Counted from the stretch's first letter, positions 14,538 to 24,530 are shown. The stretch is 64,000 nucleotides of DNA from a virus (IMGVR_UViG_3300030095_004938:3695-67694), one strand, 5' to 3'. Numbers and translations: made by a program. The notes: generated from the letters alone by a model not told the origin.

Positions 14538-15946
14538 TGGGCCGCTACGACCTGTGGAAGCACCAGCAGGGCTTCGTCGACTTCGCGTCCACACGCGACC
14601 ACGTCATCGGCGACATGTGCATGGGGTCGGGCAAGACGTGGTCCGCTCTACAGATTCTGTGCGAGGAGTGGCGCTCCAGGCTCGTCCTGATCTTCGCGCC
14701 CAAGTCAGTCGTCTCGACCGTGTGGCCCAAGGCCGTGCGCGAGTTCGTCGACGACGAGTGGCGCATCGTCCCGCTCACGCAGAGTGCCGTGCCCGCTCGG
14801 CTGAAGAAGCTGAAGTCAGAGGGCAAGCAGTGGGTGACGGACGAAAAGCCAGGCACGCTGGCGTTCGTCGTGAACTACGAGGCGACAAACAACGAGAAGA
14901 TGCTGGCGCAGCTAGTGCGCGTACCCTGGGAGGCGGTGATCGCTGACGAGGTCCACCGCATCAAGGGACCAAAGGCCAAGGTCTCGAAGAACGTCGCCAA
15001 GATCTTCCACGGGTGTCGCAAGCGCATCGGCCTGACCGGCACGCTCATGCCCCACTCGCCCGGCGACCTGTGGGCACAGATGCGTGCGATCAAGCCCGAG
15101 GTGTTCGGCAAGAGCTACTTCAGGTTCTACCGACAGTACGGAGTGATGGGTGGCTACCAGGGCAAGCAAGTCGTGTCCTGGGTGAACACCGACGAGATGA
15201 TGGAGCGGTGCCGCGACGTCGTCTACCGGGTCACCGAGGAGGACGCCAACCTCAACCTGCCGGAGATGCGCAACGAGTACGTCGAGCTTGAGCTGTCGCC
15301 GAAGGCACGCAAGGCTTACGACGACCTCGAAGCCGACGCCATCGCTCAGGTCGAGGCGGGGCTGATCACCGCATCGAACGGGCTGGTCAAGTTGTTGCGC
15401 CTGATGCAGCTCACCTCTGGCCTCGCGGTCACCGAGGAACTGGACGAGTTGGGCGAAGTCGTCGGGCGCGTCGAGAGCATCGTCGACACCTCCAAGCTGG
15501 AGTGGCTGACCGACCTGTTCATCGACAACCCCGGCAGGCCCATCGTGGTCTTCGGTCGCTTCAACGTCGACCTCGCCAACGTCCACAAGGCCGCTGCCGC
15601 TGCCGGTGTGGGCTCCCTGGAGCTGTCTGGAGCGCGCCGGGAGCTGGAGGAGTGGCAGCAGGGGGAGCAGCCCATCCTCGCCGTACAGATCGGCGCAGGC
15701 GCCGAGGGCGTCGACCTCACGCGGGCCAGCCGCTGCGTGTTCATGTCTACGGGGCTGCGCAGCGGCGACCTTCAGCAAGCCCTGAAGCGAGCGCACCGGC
15801 CCGGCCAGACCGACCACGTTCTGAACACGTTCCTGGTGTGCCGAAAGACTGTGGACGTTACGATCACCCAAGCGCACCGCAACCGCAAGAAGTTCGTGGA
15901 CGCGGTGCTCGACTACCTGCGCGCGAAACAGGAGGAGCCCGCGTGA
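14537..15946 (+). CDS. SNF2-family (SF2) helicase
   Basis: MCMGSGKT (motif I), ADEVHRIK (II), LTGTL (III), GAEGVDLT (V), QALKRAHRPGQ (VI). Confidence 0.93.
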   Translation: MGRYDLWKHQQGFVDFASTRDHVIGDMCMGSGKTWSALQILCEEWRSRLVLIFAPKSVVSTVWPKAVREFVDDEWRIVPLTQSAVPARLKKLKSEGKQWVTDEKPGTLAFVVNYEATNNEKMLAQLVRVPWEAVIADEVHRIKGPKAKVSKNVAKIFHGCRKRIGLTGTLMPHSPGDLWAQMRAIKPEVFGKSYFRFYRQYGVMGGYQGKQVVSWVNTDEMMERCRDVVYRVTEEDANLNLPEMRNEYVELELSPKARKAYDDLEADAIAQVEAGLITASNGLVKLLRLMQLTSGLAVTEELDELGEVVGRVESIVDTSKLEWLTDLFIDNPGRPIVVFGRFNVDLANVHKAAAAAGVGSLELSGARRELEEWQQGEQPILAVQIGAGAEGVDLTRASRCVFMSTGLRSGDLQQALKRAHRPGQTDHVLNTFLVCRKTVDVTITQAHRNRKKFVDAVLDYLRAKQEEPA

Positions 15947-16452
15947 ATAGCAACTTCCTTGTGGTGGGTCACGACCCTGGGATGACTGGAGCCCTTGCCT
16001 TGCTGAAGGGCGAGGAGCTTCTGGATGTCCATAGGGTTCAGAAGCGCGGGCCGCGCATCGACGTGTACGCTGTCGACGCATGGCTCAGGTGGGTCCTTGA
16101 TGAGCACGGGAGCATCGACGCGCTTGTCATCGAGGATCTCCACGGCTTCCAGGCGAACACCCCGACCGCGAACTGGATGCTGTCCAGGGCTGAGTCGGCT
16201 GTCGTTACAGTCGCGGACCTGATGGGTCTGCCGATGATGTGGGTCACTCCACTGCGCTGGCAAAAGGCGATCCTTCAGGGGATGCCGGTGGCTTCGCGCG
16301 AGCAGATCAAGGACTCCTCAAGAAAGTGGGCGTCTGAGAAATATCCACAGACTTCTGCCGCACTCTCAGTGAAAGCGAGCCAGGACATCGCCGATGCCAT
16401 CTGCATCGCTGAGATGGGCCGCAGACTTCTGAACCGAGGACGCACACAATGA
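15943..16452 (+). CDS. RuvC-like Holliday junction resolvase
   Basis: VVGHDPGMTGALA, VIED, VTPLRWQK and DIADAICIA motifs; GTG overlaps the helicase stop. Confidence 0.85.
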   Translation: MNSNFLVVGHDPGMTGALALLKGEELLDVHRVQKRGPRIDVYAVDAWLRWVLDEHGSIDALVIEDLHGFQANTPTANWMLSRAESAVVTVADLMGLPMMWVTPLRWQKAILQGMPVASREQIKDSSRKWASEKYPQTSAALSVKASQDIADAICIAEMGRRLLNRGRTQ

Positions 16453-16850
16453 ACCTGGAACCCTTCCGCCGCTTCATCCAACTGAGGGAAGAGAAGGCCG
16501 CGCTCAACGCGCAGGTCAAGGCACTCAACGAGCAGATCGAGCACCTCGCCGTGTCTCTCCCGAATCTGCTCATGGACGAGGGTCTCGACTCGATCAACCT
16601 CGACGGGCACGTCCTGTTCTGCAAGGATGCTGCCTACGCCAAGGCCAAGGGCGGTGACTACAGCCGACTGACCGAGGCCCTGATGCAGCACGGATACCAG
16701 TCGCTCTGCCGCGCTGGCTCCCGTGACCTGAACACCCTGTGGAACTCGCTCATCAAGGAAGGTGAGGAGATCCCCGAGTGGCTCCAGGAAGTCGCCGAGA
16801 AGGAGACCGACCTGAAGCTGACCGCCCGCAAGCAACCCAAGAAGAAGTGA
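16449..16850 (+). CDS. Coiled-coil replication-module protein
   Basis: N-terminal heptads; lies before the SSB-like gene, as is common in phage replication modules. Confidence 0.7.
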   Translation: MNLEPFRRFIQLREEKAALNAQVKALNEQIEHLAVSLPNLLMDEGLDSINLDGHVLFCKDAAYAKAKGGDYSRLTEALMQHGYQSLCRAGSRDLNTLWNSLIKEGEEIPEWLQEVAEKETDLKLTARKQPKKK

Positions 16851-16855
16851 ACCCG

Positions 16856-17698
16856 ATGTCGAACAACGAAACGAGCGCGCTTGTCGTGCGCGAAGACGGC
16901 CAGTGGGCCATCACGGCTGCGGGCGGCGGCCAAACCCTGAACGCTCTCCTGGAGCTTGGCATCCAGAAGCACGAGCTTCCGCAGGTCAAGGTCCCCAGCG
17001 GCGGCGCGGTGACCTGGGAGGTCCCGCTCGCCGACGGCATCGAGTCCACGAAGGAGCTGGACATCATCATCGCGGTGGCCCGTGGCGGGATGCGCCGCTA
17101 CTTCGCCACCTCGTTCGAGGACAGCGAGGACGGCGGCTCCGCGCCGGACTGTATGTCCGACTCCTACGTTGGAGAGGACGGGATGACTCCGTCCAAGGGG
17201 TACGGCAAGCTCGTCGCCGACGAGGACGCGCCGAAGTCGATCCGCGAGTGCCAGGGCTGCCCGAAGAACCAGTGGGGCTCCGCTGGCAAGGGCAAGAAGG
17301 GCAAGGGGTGTGGAGAATACTTCCACCTCGTCGCCTTCGTCCCCGGCGAGTCCCGGCCCATCGTCGTGCACGTTCCGCCGACCAGCCTCAAGGCGTGCAA
17401 GTCCTACATCATGGGGCAGATCTCGAAGCGAGGCATGGACGCCACCGCCAGGGTCGTGACCACGCTGAAGCTGCGCAAGGAGACGAAGCCCTCCCCGCAC
17501 TCCGTCATCGAGTTCCATTTCAAGCAAGTGCTGGGCGAGGAAGAGGCGGCCCGCATGGCGGCGTTCGGTCAGCGCCTGAACCAGCAGTACCCGAGGTTGA
17601 GCGCCGAGCAGATGGCCGCCTCCGACTCCGATGAAGGGCCGGTCGACGTCGAGGTCGAGAACAACGCTGGCGAGGACTGGGTTCAGGACGAGGACTAG
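16856..17698 (+). CDS. Putative single-stranded DNA-binding protein
   Basis: PDCMSD...CQGCPKNQWGS...KGKGC, VHVPPTSLK, and an acidic tail ending in an aromatic residue (DWVQDED). Confidence 0.7.
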   Translation: MSNNETSALVVREDGQWAITAAGGGQTLNALLELGIQKHELPQVKVPSGGAVTWEVPLADGIESTKELDIIIAVARGGMRRYFATSFEDSEDGGSAPDCMSDSYVGEDGMTPSKGYGKLVADEDAPKSIRECQGCPKNQWGSAGKGKKGKGCGEYFHLVAFVPGESRPIVVHVPPTSLKACKSYIMGQISKRGMDATARVVTTLKLRKETKPSPHSVIEFHFKQVLGEEEAARMAAFGQRLNQQYPRLSAEQMAASDSDEGPVDVEVENNAGEDWVQDED

Positions 17699-17714
17699 AA
17701 CTCCCCATCCCGGT

Positions 17715-17753
17715 GGCGGGGTCGATCTCTCCTAGGGTCGGCCCCGCCTTTTT
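17715..17753 (+). terminator. Intrinsic terminator
   Basis: GGCGGGGTCGA / TCGGCCCCGCC stem followed by TTTTT. Confidence 0.8.
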
Positions 17754-17781
17754 CTCCTAACAACGCCTCACAGCTCAAAGG

Positions 17782-19593
17782 ATGTCATCCAAGGCGCGCG
17801 TCAACAATTCACCCGATGTCGACCTCGCTCGTCACTTCTTCGACGAGCTGTACGGCGACCTGATCGGGCCTGATGCGTGCATGGTGATGTGGAGCCCAGC
17901 CAAGGGCGTGGACACCACATGGGCGACGAGCGCCGTCCAGGCTGCTTCGACAGCTATCGACCGCTCGCTGAAGCTGGACAGCTACTTCCAGCCGTGCCTC
18001 CACAGCAAGGAGAAGGTCGTGGAGATGGTCGACAAGATCATCGCCTCCGGCGACCGCACACCCAGGTCCATCGGCGCCCACCGTGGCTTCCACGAGAGCG
18101 CGGTCGTCATGCCGGGCGTCTGGGCAGACATCGACACGAAGGAGGGCAGCCACCAAAACCCGGAGGGGATGCCGCCCACAACGAAGGAGGTCTTCAAGGC
18201 GCTCGCCGGTGGCGGCGCCGGTCCTTCGCTGATCGTGGACACAGGCGGTGGCGTCCACGCCTACTGGCTGTTCGATGAGCCGATGCTATTGGAGTCGGAC
18301 GAGCAGCGCGACGCCATGCGCGAGCTGAACTACAAGTGGCAGCAGGGCTACGTCCGTGGGCTGCTCGAAGCGGAGGGGTGGACCAAGCTCGACTCGACGC
18401 ACGACCTGACTCGCGTGCTGCGCGTTCCGGGCACGAAGAACCGCAAGTACACGCCGCCCCGGATGGTCGACTGGCCCACCGGCGACGTGTTCCGCAGGTA
18501 CACAGCGGACGACCTTGAGATGTACCTCCCGAACGACATCGGGGCTGCGCCTTCGAGGATGAAGCGTCGGATTGGTCTCGACTCGATCCCCAGCGGCGAG
18601 AAGCCGCCGAGCGTGGTCGGGCTGATGATCGACATGAACCCGAGCTTCGGTGAGGTGTGGCACCGACGGCGGGACTTCAAGTCGCAGAGCGAGTACGACC
18701 TGTCGATTGCCTCGCATATGTTTGCCATCGACGCCCGCGTCGAGGACGTGCTCGATGCGATCTGTGCTCACCGTCGGCTGGGCGGCAAGGACCCCGCCGA
18801 CAAGCACCCGAGCTACTACGAGCGGACGCTGGGGCTGGCCTCCGAGAAGTCCGAGTCGCAGGTGCAGGTCGAGGAGATCGTCGACGAGATCCACGAGTCG
18901 CAGCACGAGATCCAGAGCGACACGCAGGAGGGTGCTGACAAGCGCGCTGGCATCCTAGCGAAGATCGGCAAGTTGATGGGTCTGAAGGACGGCATGAGCA
19001 TCCTGGCGATCGAGTGCACGTCCTCCGGCGAGTCGAGCAGCAAAGGCAGCGTCTATACGCTGTCCACATCGCACGGTCGGGTGAGCCTGGGCACGATGAA
19101 GCAGCTCGACTCGTATAAGAACTTCCGCGCCGCCTTGATGGAGGTGTTTCGCGTCGTGCCCAACGACATGAGTAAGAAGTGGAAGACGATCATGCAGATG
19201 CTACTGACGCTGATCGAAGAGGTTGACCTCGGCCACGACGCCACGGAGAACGGTCAGACGCAGTCGCTGCTCATGCGCTGGATCGAGGAGGGAGCGGTCG
19301 CGAGCGGCCTCCGAGAGTCGAACAAGCGAGCGGCGCTAGGTAAGGGCCGCCCGTTCTTCGAGAACGGAAAGTGCTACATTGCACCGGCCTACGCTGTGAA
19401 CTTGATCGCGCGCTACCTGCCGAGCGGGATGATGACGGTGCGCGAGCTGACCGAGCGGTTGCTCGCGTTCGGCGCTTCGATTCACTCGCACTCAAGCGTG
19501 CCCAGCGACGAGCTGCCTTCGACGAGGCAGAAGTACGACATCTGGGTGCTGCCCTACACTTCGGATTTCTGGATGAGGACCACGGCAGAGTGA
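17782..19593 (+). CDS. Primase-polymerase (AEP superfamily, RepB-primase-like) with C-terminal extension
   Basis: VWADID (motif I), VDTGGGVHAYWL (II), DLTRVLRVPGTKN (III), SQSEYDLSIA helical-bundle motif; no Walker A seen. Confidence 0.85.
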   Translation: MSSKARVNNSPDVDLARHFFDELYGDLIGPDACMVMWSPAKGVDTTWATSAVQAASTAIDRSLKLDSYFQPCLHSKEKVVEMVDKIIASGDRTPRSIGAHRGFHESAVVMPGVWADIDTKEGSHQNPEGMPPTTKEVFKALAGGGAGPSLIVDTGGGVHAYWLFDEPMLLESDEQRDAMRELNYKWQQGYVRGLLEAEGWTKLDSTHDLTRVLRVPGTKNRKYTPPRMVDWPTGDVFRRYTADDLEMYLPNDIGAAPSRMKRRIGLDSIPSGEKPPSVVGLMIDMNPSFGEVWHRRRDFKSQSEYDLSIASHMFAIDARVEDVLDAICAHRRLGGKDPADKHPSYYERTLGLASEKSESQVQVEEIVDEIHESQHEIQSDTQEGADKRAGILAKIGKLMGLKDGMSILAIECTSSGESSSKGSVYTLSTSHGRVSLGTMKQLDSYKNFRAALMEVFRVVPNDMSKKWKTIMQMLLTLIEEVDLGHDATENGQTQSLLMRWIEEGAVASGLRESNKRAALGKGRPFFENGKCYIAPAYAVNLIARYLPSGMMTVRELTERLLAFGASIHSHSSVPSDELPSTRQKYDIWVLPYTSDFWMRTTAE

Positions 19594-19913
19594 GAGCGGA
19601 CATAGCCAAGAGGATCTTCGTGTCGAAGACGCGCATGAACGGGAAGACGCTTTCGTGCTCGAAGGAGTGCTCCGTCGTGAGCGTCCCCATTATGGCGCAT
19701 GGAGACTTTGAGACGATCGAGCACCTTGTCGAAGACGTGTGGGTGTGCGAGGGGTTTCGGCTTGAGTGTTTCGTCGACATCCGGCTCGGGTTCGAGGAGG
19801 CTGAGGATCTCCTCAGTGAAATTATCGAGGCGTCAGTGCTTGGCGACGACGCCTCGCTTTACGCTCGCGGCCCCCTTTACTCCGAGCTTGTGGGGAGAGC
19901 CGATGCCGACTGA
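19590..19913 (+). CDS. Hypothetical protein
   Basis: GTG 19590 coupled to the primase stop; overlaps the helicase start. Confidence 0.55.
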   Translation: MRADIAKRIFVSKTRMNGKTLSCSKECSVVSVPIMAHGDFETIEHLVEDVWVCEGFRLECFVDIRLGFEEAEDLLSEIIEASVLGDDASLYARGPLYSELVGRADAD

Positions 19914-21573
19914 TGAGTGGCCCTGCCCTGTCCACAGGCTTCAGGGTCCGCCGGGCACCGGCAAGACCTACACCCTGACGCGGAGCTGGATTCCGAGGGC
20001 TGTGGAACTCTACGGCGAGGACGCTGTGCTGGTGTGCTCGCTGACTCGCGCCGCTGCCCACGAGATCGGCGGGCGCGCGAACCTGCCGCGTGAGAACGTC
20101 GCAACGCTGCACGCCTTCGCCTACCGCGCGCTGGGCAAGCCGCCGCTTGCGCAGGACAAGGGCAACGTGGCGAAGTGGAACGAGATCGCCCCGCACGACT
20201 GGCACCTGACTGGAACGTCGAAGCCCGGCAAGAAGGACGAGGTCGACGTGTCCACGGGTGGGGCTACGGATGGCGACGGGCTGCTGGATCGCATCACGAT
20301 CATGCGCAGCAAGATGATCCCGTCGAAGCAGTGGGAACCGCAGCTCCGCGCGTTCTGGCAGGAGTGGCTGGCGTGGAAGCGCGAGCATCAGTGGCTCGAC
20401 TTCACGGATCTGATCTGGGCACCTGTGGAGTTCAACGTCCCGCCCCCCGGCACGACCAAGGTGATCGTGTGCGACGAGGCGCAGGACTTCACACACCTCG
20501 ACGTGAAGCTCATCCGTTACTGGGCGAGCTACTGCGAGATGATCGTGATGGCTGGCGACCGTTGCCAGGCGCTCTACTCGTGGATCGGCGCGGACCCCAA
20601 GGCGTTCATCCCCGACTCGCTGCCGGACGAGGAGATCACCACGCTCGGCCAGAGCTACCGGGTGCCGGAGGCGGTGCGCGAGTACGCCTCGGCGTGGCTG
20701 GAGCAGGACACGGATGTCCGCCGGTTCCCGTACGCCGCCCGGCTGGACGACAAGGGCAAGGTGGTGAAGGGCGTGGTGAAGATGAAGCCCGGCCTGAACC
20801 TGAATAGGGTCAGCCCGCTCATCGACGAACTGGAGGCCCGAGCCGAGGAGGGCCACAGGGTGATGGTGCTGGCGACCTGTCGCTTCCAGCTTACCCGCCT
20901 GTGCTCCCAGATGAAGCTCAGGGGCGTTCCGTTCTGGAACCCCTACCGGGAGAAGGAAGGGGCGTGGAACCCCATGCGCGGCGGCCCAGACCGGCTGGCG
21001 GGCTTCCTGCGCCCCCTGCGCCCGGAGATCCCCGGAGACGAGCCCTGGAGCTGGGACGAGCTGAAGCGGTGGGTCCATCCCATCAGAGCGCGTGGGACGC
21101 TCCGTAACGGCGCCGTGACCGAGATCGAGTCTCGTGCCAAGCACCACGCCGAGGACCCCTCAGAGGAAGACCTGCGGCTGCTGATGGTGCCTGAAGCCTA
21201 CGAGTCCATGCGCGAAGCCGCCGCCCAGGAGAGCGTGGTCCCCCTCCTCGACTGGTACGAGGAGCGGATGCTCCGGGCTCACGAGGGGCTGATGCGCCTC
21301 GCGCTCGCCATCGCCCGCAAAGGCGACCCGGCCAAGCTCATCGAGCAGCCCAAGATCATCGTCGGCACCTTCCACAGCGTGAAGGGCGGCGACTCCGACG
21401 TGGTCTACATCTCGCCCGACCTGGGCGGCGCAGCGATGCGCGAGTGGCTGAACCACGGCGAACCCGAAGGCCGCAACGCGATCGTGCGCGCGTTCTACGT
21501 CGGCATGACCCGAGCACGAAAAGCCATCGCCCTCATGGGGGCTACGTCCCGCAACGCAGTCGAATGGATCTGA
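19903..21573 (+). CDS. UvrD/Rep-like SF1 helicase
   Basis: QGPPGTGKT, TLHAFAY, CDEAQD, GDRCQALY, QSYRVP, TFHSVKGGD, YVGMTRAR. Confidence 0.92.
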   Translation: MPTDEWPCPVHRLQGPPGTGKTYTLTRSWIPRAVELYGEDAVLVCSLTRAAAHEIGGRANLPRENVATLHAFAYRALGKPPLAQDKGNVAKWNEIAPHDWHLTGTSKPGKKDEVDVSTGGATDGDGLLDRITIMRSKMIPSKQWEPQLRAFWQEWLAWKREHQWLDFTDLIWAPVEFNVPPPGTTKVIVCDEAQDFTHLDVKLIRYWASYCEMIVMAGDRCQALYSWIGADPKAFIPDSLPDEEITTLGQSYRVPEAVREYASAWLEQDTDVRRFPYAARLDDKGKVVKGVVKMKPGLNLNRVSPLIDELEARAEEGHRVMVLATCRFQLTRLCSQMKLRGVPFWNPYREKEGAWNPMRGGPDRLAGFLRPLRPEIPGDEPWSWDELKRWVHPIRARGTLRNGAVTEIESRAKHHAEDPSEEDLRLLMVPEAYESMREAAAQESVVPLLDWYEERMLRAHEGLMRLALAIARKGDPAKLIEQPKIIVGTFHSVKGGDSDVVYISPDLGGAAMREWLNHGEPEGRNAIVRAFYVGMTRARKAIALMGATSRNAVEWI

Positions 21574-21809
21574 TCAACCCCGACCCCGCCTACACACGCA
21601 TCGCAGAGCTGCGCAAGCAGCTCATTCAGTCACGGCTGCTGTGCCTCGCGCTGCTGTGCTCGCTCGCCTTCGCGACCGGACTGTACGCCCGTGAGAAGCG
21701 AAGCCACGCTGCGGCAGAGGTCGCCGCTCCTCCGGTGGAGGAGTCGCACGACCGCATCCCTGATCGCATCATCCGCCCCCGCAACCGACCGAAAAACACC
21801 GTCGCATGA
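21564..21809 (+). CDS. Small membrane protein
   Basis: LLCLALLCSLAFATGLY hydrophobic segment. Confidence 0.55.
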   Translation: MDLINPDPAYTRIAELRKQLIQSRLLCLALLCSLAFATGLYAREKRSHAAAEVAAPPVEESHDRIPDRIIRPRNRPKNTVA

Positions 21810-22051
21810 GCCAGCAATTTCTTGAAGACTGTCGCGCCATCGAACTCGATGTCGCAGAGACCCTCGCAGAAGCACACGAGGTCCCCATCGACAAGGTGCG
21901 CGCCATCCTCCACGCCTACCGCGCGGACGTCTTCACGATGGTGGTCGCCGCGTTCGGTGTCGACGCCATGCAGCGCACCGAGGAGAAGCAGGCGAAGTAC
22001 GGAGCCAGGGCCGCAGAGGACGGGACCATCGAGATCACGAGGCCGAGTTGA
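21806..22051 (+). CDS. Hypothetical protein
   Basis: Coupled 81-aa ORF. Confidence 0.6.
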   Translation: MSQQFLEDCRAIELDVAETLAEAHEVPIDKVRAILHAYRADVFTMVVAAFGVDAMQRTEEKQAKYGARAAEDGTIEITRPS

Positions 22052-23154
22052 AGAAGGTCCTACGAGTGAGGTCTGGACGGGCGCCCTCCATCATTCACGC
22101 CGACTGCATCGACGCCATGCGCGCGATGCCAGCCGAGTACGTCACCGCCATCGTCACCGACCCTCCGTATGGACTGTCGTTCATGGGCAAGGAATGGGAC
22201 CGTGGCTTGCCGGGCGTGCCGTTCTGGACCGAGGCCCTGCGCGTCCTCAGGCCGGGTGGACACGCGCTGATCTTCGGAGGAACGCGCACGTTCCACCGGC
22301 TCGCGTGCGCTGTCGAGGATGCAGGCTTCGAGATCCGCGACTGCTTGAGCTGGATGTACGGGCAAGGATTCCCGAAGTCGCTCGACGTCAGCAAGTCGAT
22401 CAAGAAGGCAGATGTGGGACCCGCCGCCACCGACGACGCCCAACGCTGGCAGGGCTACGGCACCGCGCTCAAGCCAGCGTGGGAGCCGATCATCCTCGCG
22501 CGCAAGCCGCTCTCCGGCACCGTCGCAGCGAACTGCCAGGAGCACGGCACGGGCGCGCTGAACATCGACGGGTGTAGGGTTGGCCCAGGCCATGAGAACG
22601 GCTCGGGCCGAGACGGCGAGGCTTCCGCCGAACGACGCTACACCGAGAGGGGCGGGACGAACATCGCAGCGAAGCCGGGCCCGAGAGGCGGTGATCCTCT
22701 CGGACGCTGGCCCGCGAACGCCGTGCTCGACGAGGAGGCGGGGGCGGCGCTTGATGTGCAGAGCGGCAAGGTCGCCAAGCCCAAGGCTGCCCGAACGGCG
22801 AAGAAAGGCGGCAACCAGGGCGCTCTAGGCCAGTTTGCAGGGTCTACTCCCGATGCCGTAGGTACTTGGCCTGCCGACCCCGGCGGCGGCCCCTCTCGCT
22901 TCTTCTACTGCGCCAAGGCGAGCAAGAAGGACCGAGGCGACGGCAATACCCACCCCACCGTCAAGCCCGTGGAACTGATGCGCTGGCTAGTGCGGCTCGT
23001 CAGCGGCCCCGACCCCAAGCGCGACACCCTGATTCTGGACCCGTTCGCTGGCTCGGGCACCACGGGCGTCGCAGCGCGCATGGAAGGAGCGCCCTGCATC
23101 TTGATCGAGCGCGAAGCGGAGTTCGTGAAGATCATCCGATCGCGGATGCCGTGA
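22048..23154 (+). CDS. DNA N6-adenine/N4-cytosine methyltransferase (beta class)
   Basis: TDPPY catalytic motif precedes HPTVKP and the LDPFAGSGTTG SAM-binding motif. Confidence 0.93.
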   Translation: MKKVLRVRSGRAPSIIHADCIDAMRAMPAEYVTAIVTDPPYGLSFMGKEWDRGLPGVPFWTEALRVLRPGGHALIFGGTRTFHRLACAVEDAGFEIRDCLSWMYGQGFPKSLDVSKSIKKADVGPAATDDAQRWQGYGTALKPAWEPIILARKPLSGTVAANCQEHGTGALNIDGCRVGPGHENGSGRDGEASAERRYTERGGTNIAAKPGPRGGDPLGRWPANAVLDEEAGAALDVQSGKVAKPKAARTAKKGGNQGALGQFAGSTPDAVGTWPADPGGGPSRFFYCAKASKKDRGDGNTHPTVKPVELMRWLVRLVSGPDPKRDTLILDPFAGSGTTGVAARMEGAPCILIEREAEFVKIIRSRMP

Positions 23155-23157
23155 CAG

Positions 23158-23191
23158 AAAAGGCGCCCTCTCCGCGAACGAAGAGGACGCC
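23158..23191 (-). terminator. Probable terminator of the late transcript at the convergence point
   Basis: Minus strand GGCGTCCTCT-loop-AGAGGGCGCC-TTTT. Confidence 0.55.
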
Positions 23192-23227
23192 CCCGAAGAA
23201 GGAGCCCGGTGCCGGAGCACCGTGCCC

Positions 23228-23812
23228 CTAGGCTGCTGGATTGCCCTCGGCTTCGAGCTTCTGCTTGAGCTTCTGGCCGTTGGCGATGACCTCGTCGGGG
23301 TCGTCCGTCGTGTGCTTCAGTCCGACCAACGCGCCGATGGATCGCACGGCGGTCTTGATCTCCTCCGCTGCCTTGCCCGGCTCCGACTTCGACCCGATGG
23401 GGTTCGCCTCCTTCACGGAGCGGCCCATCGCAGCGAACGCCTTCTTCCAGTTGCTGCGCGGACGCTCGAAGCAGAGTTGAGCGCCGACCGCAGCGACCCC
23501 GGCTGCGAGCGGCTTCTTCATGTGCTCCGGCGCAGGCACGAATCCGAGAACGAAATCGACCCAGCTACGCGCCTGACCTTCGTTGGCCTTGCTCTGCTCG
23601 GCGTCGATCTTCTTCTGTGCTTCGGCGGCGGCCTCCTCATCCCCTTCGAGGATGGCGCGCTCCAGCTCGATCTGAGCTGCCTCGATCTTCGCCTGACCAT
23701 CGACGCTGGGCGTGGCGTTCTTGCAGCTCTGCGCCATCACCATCGGCATGAGGATGAGGACCAGGGTCGCGAAGCTGACGCGTGTGTACTGGAGGATCTT
23801 CTTCATGTTCAT
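23228..23812 (-). CDS. Membrane/lipoprotein-like protein, lysis-cassette candidate
   Basis: Basic N-terminus plus hydrophobic helix ending AQSC, coiled coil, second hydrophobic patch; last gene of the late operon. Confidence 0.6.
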   Translation of the reverse strand: MNMKKILQYTRVSFATLVLILMPMVMAQSCKNATPSVDGQAKIEAAQIELERAILEGDEEAAAEAQKKIDAEQSKANEGQARSWVDFVLGFVPAPEHMKKPLAAGVAAVGAQLCFERPRSNWKKAFAAMGRSVKEANPIGSKSEPGKAAEEIKTAVRSIGALVGLKHTTDDPDEVIANGQKLKQKLEAEGNPAA

Positions 23813-24129
23813 TTCTGTCGCTCGACTGGGTAGGGAGACTTCGGAAGCGGAGGCGGCGGTAGCCACCCGTCGTTTCTCTGCGATGCAGCTTCGAAGAGGT
23901 AGCGGACCTCGGACTTCGTGATCGTCTCATGGACGTAGGCGATCATCGCGTTCTGAAACCGCTCGTTGGAGTCGGCCATGCGACCCTGCTCTGTAGCCAT
24001 GTCACTAAGGGCATCCTCGACGCGGTACATCCACGCAGTGCAGGCGGCCACGGCTGCCAGGGCAACCGCGAAGTTCCTGAGCGACGTGGTCGTGTTGCCA
24101 CCGATGGTCGTTCCTTCGCCGTCACTCAT
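23809..24129 (-). CDS. Single-TM protein, holin/spanin candidate
   Basis: FAVALAAVAACTAWMY followed by a coiled coil and a Pro-rich tail. Confidence 0.55.
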   Translation of the reverse strand: MSDGEGTTIGGNTTTSLRNFAVALAAVAACTAWMYRVEDALSDMATEQGRMADSNERFQNAMIAYVHETITKSEVRYLFEAASQRNDGWLPPPPLPKSPYPVERQK

Positions 24130-24511
24130 CGCTGGCACCAGGGGGGAAGCGTTCCTTGGCCTTCTCGACCGTCTTCTCGTGACGGTCGCGGCACTGGTCC
24201 TCGGTCTCGTTCTCGCCACACACTGTGACCACCTCGATGATGATGATGTCACCAGAGGGGGACTCCCAGCTCCAGATCGTCGAGATGCTCTCCTCGGCGA
24301 GCACGAGACGCTCGCCCGTGGCGTAGGTCTCCACGAGGTCCATGAGCATCTCGCTGCTGTCCGAAGAGACGATGATGATTCGCCCATCGGGGGGCGCGTC
24401 GCGGAGGATGATGAACTGACTTCCGTCTGCGTCTTGTGTCATGTCGCTGATCCTTGAAAGAGTTGACTCCGCCCAGATGATGAAGACCACGATCAGCGCG
24501 GTGATGGCCAA
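24122..24511 (-). CDS. Hypothetical protein with N-terminal hydrophobic segment
   Basis: ITALIVVFIIWA; start uncertain. Confidence 0.5.
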   Translation of the reverse strand: MAITALIVVFIIWAESTLSRISDMTQDADGSQFIILRDAPPDGRIIIVSSDSSEMLMDLVETYATGERLVLAEESISTIWSWESPSGDIIIIEVVTVCGENETEDQCRDRHEKTVEKAKERFPPGASDE

Positions 24512-24530
24512 GGGCGCTGCGCGCCCAAGC

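Noticed and set aside
10007-22593. Long minus-strand ORFs overlapping the replication genes (e.g. 10007-11002, 14912-16081, 19822-21147)
   Set aside because: Antisense shadows of well-supported genes, expected in high-GC DNA; no motifs
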